Shown here: piece after piece, positions 24,601-35,800 of the stretch | Numbering within the stretch: position 1 is the first letter of the stretch | Layout of the letters: every line of letters begins with the position of its first letter | Assembly: GCF_001194135.2 (NCBI RefSeq) | Contig: NC_068983.1 | Coordinates: 149,250,051 to 149,314,050, forward strand | Source of the DNA: Octopus bimaculoides | Lineage: Eukaryota | Length of the DNA stretch: 64,000 nt | Direction: 5' to 3' | Notes under the pieces: model-generated | The model's database searches: none | What the model was told of the DNA's origin: nothing | The model's input: only the letters and a program-made list of their open reading frames with translations | Translations under genes and position numbers: made by a program

Positions 24601-27600
24601 CACTACCATTTAGTTTTTCAATGCTTACTACAATAAACTTTATTTCCTCATGCTACTTGTAAACAATTCAGTGTCTAGAATGCATCAGCTGAAAATTGTT
24701 TTTGTTATTGAGAAACATATATTTTCTCATTACTTGGCTTCTTATCAAGTAATTGACTAATTTATGTTGTTTTTGGTTTATATGAAGTGTATGTTTTTTA
24801 AGAATATAGTGATTGCGTAATTGTATTATTATAATGACTATAGTGCACCTGACCTAGGTACATTACTATTGCTCTAGTTTGTCTGAATTTGAACAAATTT
24901 GTCTCTAATCATAAATGTGTGTTTCTTTTTCTTTCAGATCCGTGGTTTCCCAACAATTAAGTTCTTCCCAGCTGGTGTGAAAGATGGTTCTGCTCAAGAA
25001 TATGATGGTGGCCGGACATCTAGTGATATAGTTGCTTGGTCATTGGAAAAAGTAGCTGAGAATGTCCCTGCACCACCAGTCAATGAGGTAAGCTCACTTT
25101 ATTTTCTAGCATATATTGAATGATTTATGTTTGCAACTTGGAAGTTAGGAATGCATGACAAAATATTTAACTACTAACAGTTGACAATTACTTTATCTAA
25201 AAACCTGTTGATTTAAGCATATTGTTTATTTGAAACGTGCTGCAAGAAAATCAATTTATAATACTTCAAAATTGTTTTTGTCAATCAGGTTCACTGTATT
25301 GAACTTACAAACTTTATAGTTCGATTTTTGTAAATCTTCTAAATTTATATTTTCTTTAATAGAAACTTGCTATGAGGTTTAAAGAACTTATTTTTTTTAA
25401 TACAAGCTTTATTCAAAAAAAGGCTGTTCTTTATTAAATAATTGAGAGTGACTTGGGTATCTAATATTTTTTTAATACTAATATTATGTGTTGTCTTCAG
25501 GTAATTACTGCCAGTGTGCTCAAAGATGCTTGTGAGAAAAGCCAGCTGTGTGTAATTTCCATCTTACCAGTCATCTATGATTGCCAGTCAGAGTGTAGAA
25601 ACAATTTTATTTCCATAGTGGAAAAAATGTCAGAAAAATACAAGCGAAATCTTTGGGGGTAATTTTTTTTTTTTTTTTTTCCCTCTAACTTTGATATGTG
25701 TAATGTCTCTAATCTCTCTAACCTTTCTTGCTATGTTAGTTTCTTCAATGCATAACATCTATGGGGAGGAAAAGACTGAGTTCACACAAACAAAACATTC
25801 CTTTTGATCAGCAGTGCATAATTCAAAATTTCATTTCCCTGTCTTGAATTAAAATAGACTGGATTTGTCGCCTTTTATTTTCACCTGTTAGTCGGAAGTT
25901 TTGTGTGGTTTTACACTCTTGAGAAAATATTTTAAGTTTTGAGATTTTATATAAATGTAACTTCTTGAGAAAATTTTGCAGTATGTTTTGTCAAAACATT
26001 ATTAATTACAATCATTGTTATAGTGTTAATGATTTGGGATGACAGACAAAATACTTTGTACTTAAAACTTCATCTCTGTTTTCTGAGTTCAAATCCTGCT
26101 GGGCTTCAGATGATTTCATTCTTCTAGAATTGATAAAATAACTACCATTCTAATTATATTATTGATATAATGAATTTATACCCTCTCCCCAAATTCAAAC
26201 ACTCTGCCTCTTAGCAGAACATTTTACATATCTAAAAAAAATGCAATAATCTCTGTGAATCTTTTCAATGTATGCTGGCGTAGAAAGCCTATGCTTCAAA
26301 TTAATCTTGCTTTTCTAATGATAATTTTTTACTTATTTAACATCTGAATTTTTCCTGTACTCATAACAGTAATTTTGAACTATATTTCTCCTCTTCACTT
26401 CTCTTAATTTTAATCCTCTTTTTTATTTTCTCTTTCAGATGGGTTTGGGCTGAAGCTGGATCCCAACCCCAGTTAGAAGAAGCATTTGGTATTGGAGGGT
26501 TTGGCTACCCTGTGAGTAATTTGACTTATTATTTCAACATCAACTTTTGATTAAAATCTCTTTCAAAACTCTTGTGTGGAAAAATATACATTAACGCATT
26601 ATACCACCAAAAAATTCGTAGACCTATCAATTGCATTCAAGATGTCAACAGCTTACTTTTGATAAATGAAATCTTTGTATTAACTATGAATAGAGTACAT
26701 GCAAGATAAACACTGCTAAGCATCAGCTGCTTGTGATGACAGTGGAAGATAACCATGTTAAAGGAAGATCATGAATGCAGATCTGGGAATGTTAGTGCAT
26801 GTTATCAAAATAATACAGTTTGCATGTCAATTTAAAGAGTTAGGCAAAACGGTATTTGCTACAAGTTAATTTATCTAAAAGTAAAGTTATTGATAAAACA
26901 TTGCTGGGTAAAATTTATACATGTTTAGACGTTTGTTTTCAGGCAATGGTTGCTTTGAACTATCGTAGTATGAAATATTCTCCACTTAAAGGATCATTCT
27001 CAGCATCAGGGTTGAATGAATTTTTCAGGTAAGTTGAAACCAATTTATTTTGGGTGAGATGGATTTTGTTGATATAATTATACATCGTATCAGTGTGGAA
27101 ATCTGAGCTTGTAGGTTTTTAATTATCCAGATCAGCTACAAAGTACATTGCTCGTTTTCAATAGAAATAAAGGAGAAATATAATAGTCAGTAATGGGGGG
27201 TGGGGGTCTTTTTTGTTATTTTAAAATTTATTTTGTGTTACTATGTGAACAAGTTAGCATCATGCAAAGTGTAATAAAAACTAATTTGGACATTTACACT
27301 ACACTAGTTACAGTCAGACTCATGTCTTAACATTTCTTAAGCTTTTTTTCCTCCCCTGCTGATGTTTAATGATGTTTTACAGAGACTTGCTGTATGGAAA
27401 GTCTTCAACTGTTCCACTTCGAAATGCCAAACTACCTGAAATTTTGAATATTGATGCATGGGATGGGCAAGACAAAGAAGTATGTATATCATTTCTGTTT
27501 TATTCCATAATTATATTGTTACCTCAAGTTTGAAATATTTTTAGATAAAATGTCCTAGTTTAAATGCAGTTGGCTTAATAAAATATACATTAGTTGGAAA

Positions 27601-29796
27601 ATGAAGTAAGTATTTAGAAATTTATACTTTGTGTTGTATTCTCTCAGCAAATAAAAAGCAAGATATTAAACTTATGTGTAAAATTAAAAAGATCTTGTAT
27701 ATGGTGCAAGTAAGTTACTGCCTAGAATCACCCTACCATTAGTGAGTACTATAAGTATAAGGTAATAGGTAACAGTGTGTGTAACATGTATGTATACACA
27801 AACCTTGAACAATGTTGGCTTGCATTCGTCTATTAATTATTGAGGCAGTGAGGTTGCAGGATCATTAGCACACTAGATCAAATGCTTAGCAACATATGTT
27901 CTGGTTTCAAATTTTGCTGAGTTTGATTTTCATTCTCTTGGGGTCAATGGAGTAAGTATTGGTTGAACACTGGGGTTGATGTTGTTGACTAAGCCCTTCA
28001 CCAAAATTTCAGGTCGAAGGGCAACCAGCTGTAGAAACTCTGCCAAATCAGATTGGAGCCTGGTGTATCCACTTGGTTCACCAGTCCTCAGTCAAATCGT
28101 CCAACCCATGCTAGCATGGAAAGCAGACGTTAAATGATGATGATGATGATGTGCCTATAGTAGAACATATTGTTGTGAATATAGCTAACAATCAGATTGT
28201 CATATTACACTTAAAAATGTTTTTAAAGTTAATAATTTAGAGATAAGACTAAAAACTGTACAAATGCATCTGCTGCTCCCTTTGTCTCCAGTACCCATGT
28301 AAGATTTTCTAATGCTGAACTGGGTAAGGTGTTTAGCATAGAGTATGGAAATTGCATAGTAATATGCATGAGTGAGCTATGTGGCCTTAATTTGAAGAGG
28401 TCTTGATCAGCTAGCTGGTTCAGAAAAGGCCATTATTGAAGTGAGATGAGATGGATGTAAAGGTATATCTGTAGGCTAAAAATTAAGATTATCTTTTCTT
28501 TTGTGGCATTTCCTTTTTTTTTTTTTTTTTTTTTTTTGAGAAGTGTTGAGATTATCTGTCCCTCTTTTTGAAGCCGAGATAATTTCAAATCAATCAAAAA
28601 TCTGTATTATGCTATGTATTTGCTGTCTGTTTTGTACGTTATGCTTATGCCAAGAGAGGTAATAACACGAATATAAGAAAGATGGATCTATTTTAAAACG
28701 GGGGCCACATTTTTCATTAATGTTTTACATAGTGTTTTTGGTACGGAAAGACTTTCAAACTTCGTATACTTATCTATTTTGTGTTATAGAACAGAAAAAT
28801 ATTTTTGTATTCGAATTTATTTCATGTAAAAAATTGTCTTATTTAGATAATTTCAACCAATCACTGACAAGTATTCAGTTGTTTATATTTACTCCTTTGG
28901 CTGATTAAGCGATGTAAAGCGTATTTAATCTCCATACTTTCATTTTATTTGCTTTTTTCATTTTAAATTTGCTTTAACCCTAACCTTAGGGTTAGGGTTA
29001 ATTGTTTCAGAATCGTTTGTTTATGTAGTCGGCACTTAATGTATATCGGCTGAATGGACGTCTGATTGGTTGAAATTACAGAAATACAACTTTAACATGG
29101 AATAACTGATGGATTTCTTTTTTTTTTAAGAAGACTAAGAGAAAAAGATGTTTTATATGACACATTCTACCAGTGTTGCAAGTTTCAAAGTGTTTCGTTA
29201 ATGAAAAATGTGGCCCCCGTTTTAAAAAAGATCCAGAAAGATTTCTATTCTGCATTTGTGAGTTGAAATCACAGGCACAGTCAAAATGTTTAACATAGTG
29301 AAACAATGTCATGAAAATTTATAAAATTATGCATTTAAAGATATATTGATTGATAGTTACATTAAAGTGAAATAACTTTAGTAAATAGCTGTGGATGTTA
29401 CTTTTATCGTTCTCCTGTTCCAGACCAAAAGCTGTAGCTATGCTTGGGCACTGCGATAATTTTTTTTTTTTTTAAATACTTCACAGTATTATGAGAGTAG
29501 ACAGATACAGAGGGGAATGCAGACATGGTAGTTAATTAGCTAGGTAGCTACATTGGCGAATTTACAGATATGCTGATAGATATATCAATAGATATGGAAC
29601 TGAACTGAAATGAAAATAAATTGGTATATAACTTTCATTTAGCCTTGGTGGTTGGACAGTAAAAGATGTAGTTTTATAATTTCCCTTATCCTTCGATTTA
29701 GCTTGCAATGAGCACTTCTTAATACTGTCCATATATTGTGAAGTATACTTAAAAACATACTTTATAAGAAAATTTCTTTCTCTCTCTCTCTCTCTA

Positions 29797-29835
<39 letters not shown>

Positions 29836-30809
29836 NNNNNNNNNNNNNNNNNNNNNNNNNNNNNNNNNNNNNNNNNNNNNNNNNNNNNNNNNNNNNNNNN
29901 NNNNNNNNNNNNNNNNNNNNNNNNNNNNNNNNNNNNNNNNNNNNNNNNNNNNNNNNNNNNNNNNNNNNNNNNNNNNNNNNNNNNNNNNNNNNNNNNNNNN
30001 NNNNNNNNNNNNNNNNNNNNNNNNNNNNNNNNNNNNNNNNNNNNNNNNNNNNNNNNNNNNNNNNNNNNNNNNNNNNNNNNNNNNNNNNNNNNNNNNNNNN
30101 NNNNNNNNNNNNNNNNNNNNNNNNNNNNNNNNNNNNNNNNNNNNNNNNNNNNNNNNNNNNNNNNNNNNNNNNNNNNNNNNNNNNNNNNNNNNNNNNNNNN
30201 NNNNNNNNNNNNNNNNNNNNNNNNNNNNNNNNNNNNNNNNNNNNNNNNNNNNNNNNNNNNNNNNNNNNNNNNNNNNNNNNNNNNNNNGCACTCTGTCGCT
30301 TACGACGTCAAGGGTTCCAGTTGATCCGATCAATGGAACAGCCTGCTCGTGAAATTAACGTGCAAGTGGCTGAGCACTCCACAGACACAGGTACTCTTAA
30401 CGTAGTTCTCGGGGATATTCAGCGTGACACAGTGTGACAAGGCTGACAGAAAATAAGAGTGAGAGAAGGTTGTGGTGGAAGAGTACAGCAGGGTTCGCCA
30501 CCATCCCCTGCTGGAGCCTCGTGGAGCTTTATGTGCTTTCGCTCAATAAACACTCACAACGCCCAGTCTGGGAATCGAAGCCGCGAGTCCGCTGCCCTAA
30601 CCACTGGGCCATTGCGCCTCCAGCAACTAAGTATCTAAATTTTTTAATTAATATGTTAGTTTTTTTGAAAAGCACATTTCTTGTTTGTTTTGTTTTCTTT
30701 GAATACATCTTTGTATTTCTTTCTTTTACAGCTTCCTCAAGAAGAAGACATTGATTTAAGTGATGTAGAATTAGATGATCTTGACAGCAAGCCCAAATCT
30801 GAACTATGA
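9650..30809 (+). CDS. PDIA6: Protein disulfide-isomerase A6 (P5), spliced gene span; 12 exons, 1320 nt, 439 aa
   Basis: All GT-AG junctions are phase-compatible. Signal peptide, two WCGHC thioredoxin domains, Gly/Ser linker, b-type domain, acidic tail and KSEL stop. Confidence 0.95.
13322..13701 (-). mobile_element. SINE family A, full length, in PDIA6 intron 1
   Basis: Near-identical to 2523-2903. Confidence 0.9.
14491..14614 (+). CDS. PDIA6: PDIA6 exon 2 ([42 protein letters not shown])
   Basis: TTTTAG acceptor, TG|GTATGA donor. Encodes the signal peptide and the start of the first thioredoxin domain. Confidence 0.92.
16644..16701 (+). CDS. PDIA6: PDIA6 exon 3 ([19 protein letters not shown])
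   Basis: TTTTAG acceptor, AAG|GTAAGC donor. Encodes the first CGHC active site. Confidence 0.95.
17059..18483 (-). mobile_element. Mariner (Tc1/mariner) element with TIRs and TA TSD; transposase pseudogene, centre in an N gap
   Basis: Inverted termini (G/T)CA(G/A)GTCATCCCATAAGTTCTGTCC flanked by TA (17057-58, 18484-85). N-terminus [16 protein letters not shown]../KKGNSAAE has a frameshift. C-terminus FHQDNAQPH...[11 protein letters not shown]. Confidence 0.93.
20180..20306 (+). CDS. PDIA6: PDIA6 exon 4 ([42 protein letters not shown])
   Basis: Contains the thioredoxin GFPTIK motif. AG/GT ends are in phase. Confidence 0.95.
20900..21480 (+). mobile_element. Degenerate RTE-clade LINE fragment
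   Basis: Decayed translation parallels 5020-5600 ([28 protein letters not shown]). Confidence 0.7.
21545..21845 (+). mobile_element. Possible solo LTR
   Basis: Starts TGTAGTAAC, is locally CpG-rich, and has AATAAA near the 3' end. No CA terminus or TSD could be confirmed. Confidence 0.3.
22560..22684 (+). CDS. PDIA6: PDIA6 exon 5 ([25 protein letters not shown] plus Gly/Ser linker)
   Basis: GGRT motif continues YQ|G in phase. AAG|GTTTGT donor. Confidence 0.92.
24225..24446 (+). CDS. PDIA6: PDIA6 exon 6 (second thioredoxin domain, [20 protein letters not shown])
   Basis: 222 nt, phase 0-0. TTTCAG acceptor, GGT|GTAAGT donor. Confidence 0.96.
24938..25087 (+). CDS. PDIA6: PDIA6 exon 7 ([13 protein letters not shown]...[13 protein letters not shown]...)
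   Basis: 150 nt, phase 0-0. GAG|GTAAGC donor. Confidence 0.96.
25501..25658 (+). CDS. PDIA6: PDIA6 exon 8 ([34 protein letters not shown]...KYKRNLWG)
   Basis: 158 nt. Contains the P5 b-domain [16 protein letters not shown] motif. Confidence 0.94.
26439..26511 (+). CDS. PDIA6: PDIA6 exon 9 ([24 protein letters not shown])
   Basis: 73 nt. Contains the P5 signature [11 protein letters not shown]|GTGAGT donor. Confidence 0.95.
26943..27028 (+). CDS. PDIA6: PDIA6 exon 10 ([28 protein letters not shown])
   Basis: 86 nt, in phase. AG|GTAAGT donor. Confidence 0.94.
27383..27479 (+). CDS. PDIA6: PDIA6 exon 11 ([32 protein letters not shown])
   Basis: 97 nt. Contains the WDG motif. GAA|GTATGT donor. 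Confidence 0.94.
28684..29234. mobile_element. MITE with 37-bp TIRs (GGATC...) and 8-bp TSD AGAAAGAT; Merlin-like by terminal features
   Basis: Left TIR GGATCTATTTTAAAACGGGGGCCACATTTTTCATTAA matches the right TIR with 1 mismatch. AGAAAGAT lies at 28676-28683 and 29235-29242. Confidence 0.88.
30288..30621 (-). mobile_element. SINE family A, 3' end cut by a gap, with internal deletions
   Basis: Similar to 2523-2903. Confidence 0.85.
30732..30809 (+). CDS. PDIA6: PDIA6 exon 12 ([25 protein letters not shown])
   Basis: TTTACAG acceptor. Acidic tail, KDEL-like terminus and TGA stop. Confidence 0.95.
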   Translation, partial: LPQEEDIDLSDVELDDLDSKPKSEL

Positions 30810-31552
30810 ATTGTCAGCCAGCTATTTTTCCTTAAAGGAGTTGCAGGGCAGATTTGATGATCTCTTTTAAAACAGCTCTAGTGCCAAGACTGGTTTTCAA
30901 TGCTGTTTTGCTTCAAACAACACCAAATGGTCGTGTATATTTTTAATTACATTTTCATCTTAAAAATATACAAACCAAAGAAATAGCTCAATCCTCTGCC
31001 TTTTCCTTCTGTTTGAGAGTAATTATAATCTGAAATTTTCCTTAGAAAATGGCTGAAAGCTGTTAATTTTCTTGACAAAATTTTTATCTATTATAATGTG
31101 GTTGTTATTATTTCTAATTTTAACAAGCAATATTCTACATCAGATCTAAGACTACATGGGCATTTACATAAGGCAGACTGAAGAAAACCTTTTTTATTGT
31201 TTTTCTTTATTCTTTACCTTATTGATCTGCCTTGATAGCTATCTCTGTAACTCTTCCTTGCAACCAGTTTCAAGACATTCAGCATCATCTTGTTTTCTGA
31301 CCACTAATGTTTGTGTCCTTATGTGTATTGTTTTCTATACATATATGTATGTATATAGTGTGTCATTTGTTAGTTTTTGTTTTGTTTTTTTTTCCCCCAT
31401 TCAGTGTTTACATCATTTTTTTTTTTTTTTTGTGTCCAGTTGTCTTAAAATTCTGTATAGATCTGATGTGCTGGCTCAGTTGCCAACAATATCATTTCAG
31501 CCTGGACTTCAACAAACCTCGTATCAAGTGCTATGTACTTGCTCATTTACTG

Positions 31553-31623
31553 AATAAATTTGGTATAAAAAACCTATTCTTTCTTTGATAACTCTGTCTT
31601 TGTGTTTATTATTTCCTAATAAA
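31553..31623 (+). terminator. Candidate PDIA6 polyadenylation signals (AATAAA at 31553 and 31618)
   Basis: Canonical hexamers about 750-810 nt after the stop codon. Such hexamers are common in AT-rich DNA. Confidence 0.3.
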
Positions 31624-32319
31624 ATCATTGCCAACTTAGCTTATAAAAACAACTATCATAAAACGAAAGGCAATCATCTTTGAAATTTTCACAATCTTTA
31701 CATTACTAATGCCCTCTGGAAAAGCTTAAACATCACAACTTCCCTTACTGCCTCTCCACTCATCCTAAAATATAACACTTTTATTCTACAAAGGTGAAAT
31801 ATTAAGCTAGATAACTGACAAATAAAAGTTAATATATTAAACTAAATTCATTACTGTATAACAGTTTTTCTTAATAGGTCTTATTTGATCCCCAGTGTGC
31901 CTTGAAGTGAGAAGGATTGGGAATCACTGAGTATAGCTTGTGTTAATTTACTCTGACATTTATAGGCAATTCAAACTAAATTTCATATTCTGTATTCATA
32001 GAGGTTTACATTAAATATTTCATGTAATTTATGATCAAACTATGTATCACATTTTTTTTTCTCCATTTGTATACATTTTAAGAGATGTGATAGTCACAGT
32101 TCTTGGTCTTGGGTCTAAACAAGTGAGAGCAGGTATGGACATTTGGTGAAAGTTTTTTTTCAAATTCCTGTGGCTCCAGGTTCAAAAACCGAATCTTTTT
32201 GGTACTTGACAAGCTGTGACTTCTTCCCTTTTTTTTTCTCCCCACCCCCCACCAGTCTCTGGAGTTAATAGATGGGTGAAAAACATAGACTTTCTAAATA
32301 GAATATAAGCTGTATATAC

Positions 32320-32630
32320 TTGTAAAGTGGTTAGAACATCGGGCTCACAATCATGAGGTAGTGAGTTCGATTCTTGGACAGGACTTTGTTGTGTTCTTGA
32401 GCAAGGCACTTTATTTCACGTTGCTCCAGTTCACTCAGCTGTAGAAATGAGTTGCGACGTCACTGGTGCCAAGCTGTATTGGCCTTTGCCCGTTCCTTCG
32501 GACAATATCAGTAGCATAGAGAGGTGAGGCTGGTATGCATGGGTAGCTAGTCTTTCAAAAATAACCTTACTCAGACTTGTGCCTTGGAGGGGAACTTTCT
32601 AGGTGCAACCCCATTCATGACTAAGCATTT
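32320..32630 (+). mobile_element. tRNA-derived CORE-like SINE, family E
   Basis: B box GAGTTCGATTC and body TTGAGCAAGGCACTTTATTTCACGTTGCTCCAGTTCACTCAGCTG. Minus-strand relatives near 16395-16590 and 47640-47860. Confidence 0.75.
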
Positions 32631-34840
32631 GTGCTGAACCAACTGAAGAGGATGTAGCTTTCCCAGCAAGAGGCATCTTATTTAGGAGTCCTGGTTACTC
32701 CCAAATCACAAACAAACCTTGTCTAGTGTTAAGACGATTTTGTGTTCAGAAAAACAATCCTTTTGTGTGTTTAGGCCAAGCAAAAATAACTTCATTCTAT
32801 TTGAACACTACCTCAACCAGGCCCTTGAGTGCCTTTAGTGGAGCTTCCTCTAATACAAAAATGCAGAATAAGCTTCCAACCAGGAGATGACAATAATCTA
32901 TTGATGTTCTGACTTCTATTGTACCTACTTTTTTTGTAATACCACACTGATTGTCAAAAAGGCACACTGGAAAAAGTGTCCCAAATAAAAGTTTGCTACT
33001 AGATAGGACAGGGACCCAGCCCTGTAAATAACACCATGGGTAGCTGGCATATAATATGTATCCTCTGGTGTTCCAGAGAGCAATCAATTTTGAGAAACCC
33101 TACCTGTACTCACCAACATCCTTGTGAGCTACCTACCAAAATTAAAGTAATAGTTAGCCACTGCTTACAACTGGCATCCCCTCCTCCACCACCATGAAAT
33201 AGAAGTTATTTATAAATTTCATAGACAGAAGAAAAAAAACCGTACAACCAGATTAGTTTCAATCCTGTACTTAGATTTTTTTTAATAAATTAGATAGACC
33301 AATTTGTCCATAAAACACATTCTTGGCAGGTCAAGAAATAAATTACTGGTGTATTAGTATTTTGTTTAAATGCTATAATATACTGCAGAATGCCAAAAGG
33401 TTTTTAGCTAATTCTGTAAAAGACACCTTGCTTGTTTATACAATATCTTTGTTTAGTCAATGATAAAATCACAAAACACTTGATATTAGTTCAGCTGGTC
33501 CTGTGTTTTCTACGTGTGCATAAGAATGTGTTTTCATCTATTTATACGTATAGGGTTGGCTAAAATCTACATGTATATTTTGCAGTATAACAGCATAAAA
33601 TATCCAACATACTTAATTTCTGAAACCTAATAATGCCATCCCTGAAGAGTTCAGCTTCAGTATTACTCACATTTCATAACATTATATTGACGTTACTAAC
33701 TTACATGATTTTGTTAGGAAAAAAAGGGAGAGGCAAAGTAGATGAGATCAGGAGTTTGTCACATGCCAGTGCCACATTAAAAGCACCTAGCTTACACTTT
33801 AAGGTAGTTGGCATAAATAAGGAAGGGTGTCCAGCCATAGAAACCAAGCCAAATATAACTGGAACCTGGTGCAGCTCTCCTGCTTGCCAGCATAGAGAAC
33901 AGACGTTAAAAGATAATGGTGAAGTGAGTTATCTAGAAATAACTTCAAGATACCAGCTTTTCTGAGAATTATAGTTCACCAGTATAATAATATTACGTAC
34001 TTATCCACAAAATATAACTACAGATAACGAATAGCTTTGGGTTTGGGAGGCTTGTATAGATGATCATCTAGGAGTCATTAGCAAAATAGACACTAAATTA
34101 ATTTAACTGCTATTTAAACACAACAACAACAGTAACCAACAACAATCTGTTTATTCTCTACTGATCTTGGTAAAATGAATAACGCCTCAGAGAAACTTTG
34201 CACAATTTGTCAGACTAAAAATATATTGAAAAAAAATAGAAAAAAGGCCATGTTAGATCATCATTTGGACAACTAACTGAGAGGTCTTGAACAAAAAATT
34301 TTTTTAAAAAAGCCATATGATTTGATAAACTGCCGATTTTAGAATTGATGAATAGAAAACAAACCAAATGATGTACAGATGAAATTGATGCAAACAAATA
34401 AGATTAATTCTTGGTTTGTGTTCTAATCTGAAATTTGTGCAGTAAAATCCTGTTTTGTTTTGTTATATATTTTTTACCATTTTGATTTTTTTGTTTGCAA
34501 GATCAAAGCAGACACGAACGAAATTAAAAAAAAACAAAAAAACAAAAAAACACAGCCACAAACACAAAGCAAAAACTAATGATTAACTTTGTGTAAAGTT
34601 AAACAGCAAAACAAATATAATAAAAGCTGTGTTTGATATAAAGTATATGAGCCTCAACAAGAGATGAAGAGCCAGCAAGCAGAAAGTAAGACAGCAGGAC
34701 ATAATTCTTTACTTTTTCTTTTTTTTTTTTTTGTTAACAATTCAAGCACTGATTCTTGTAATGCACAATTTAACTGAACAAATAGTTGCACTGCTCCAAA
34801 TTTCATATGTAAATGAAAATTCACACACATACATACTTGC

Positions 34841-34887
<47 letters not shown>

Positions 34888-35271
34888 TATATACTCAGAC
34901 ACACACACAATTAGACACACTAATCTCTCGCTCTCGCGTTTTATACATATACACACATACACACTTCTACATAAATACATAACATTCATCCAGGTTAGAT
35001 CAACACTGGTGTGATTAATCTATATAGTAATATTAGCCATTGTTCAGCTTCATAAAGCCATGGGAGAAGGAAAAAGACACATGTGTCCCAGGCACAAGTG
35101 TGTTTATGTCAGTGTACAGTCAATTTATCGCCACTACCATCAACCAAGACGAGTTGCACCGTAGTTGTTACCCCATATAAACATCTAACGTGGGGATAAA
35201 AATAAATAAAATGAAGGGCCTAGCAATAGGTGGAAAATTGAAGGTGTCATTTCACATCTGCAACATTATGT

Positions 35272-35800
35272 TCACGTCAAGAGGCGTTGATCTGTATTTA
35301 ATGTGTATTGTAAAGTGACAGGACAAGCAAGCACAGCTTCAGCACGAGCCCCTTCAAGTGTTACACAGTTAAGCTGTGGGACTAAACCCCCAATTTCAGA
35401 AAGATGGCCACCTACTCTGTCCCCATCATCTATGCTATTACTATCTGTCGAGCCTAAGCCCGTATCAGATAACATTGAGTGTCGTAGAGCAAAATGTTCA
35501 GGATGTAATTCTAATACGGTCTTTGCACCACCAGAACCAATTCTTGTTCCTATACTGCTTCCAGCCATACTATCTTCATTGGTACCAATTTCAACCTCAT
35601 TCATCACACTGTTTAACGGCAAATTCCGATGAAGTCGTTTATATTCTTTATCTCGGTCTTTTTCTTTTTGGCGCAGTTCATTATTCTGTTGACGAGAGAT
35701 TTTTCTTCGGATCCTATCCCGACGTCTTTCACGTTCTCTGTAGTTGGGATCAGCTCTCATCATGCGCATCCTTGCCTTGGCCTTCTCCTTTTCTTTTGCT
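35272..35800 (-). CDS. Terminal coding exon (AKEKEKAKARMRMMRADPNYRERERRRDRIRRK...RLLT*)
   Basis: TTTTTAG acceptor, phase 2. TGA stop at 35274-35272. Confidence 0.88.

Noticed and set aside
28975-29000. Ancient telomere-telomere chromosome fusion site
   Set aside because: Only about four repeats, and they lie inside a TIR/TSD-bounded MITE, so they arrived with the element.
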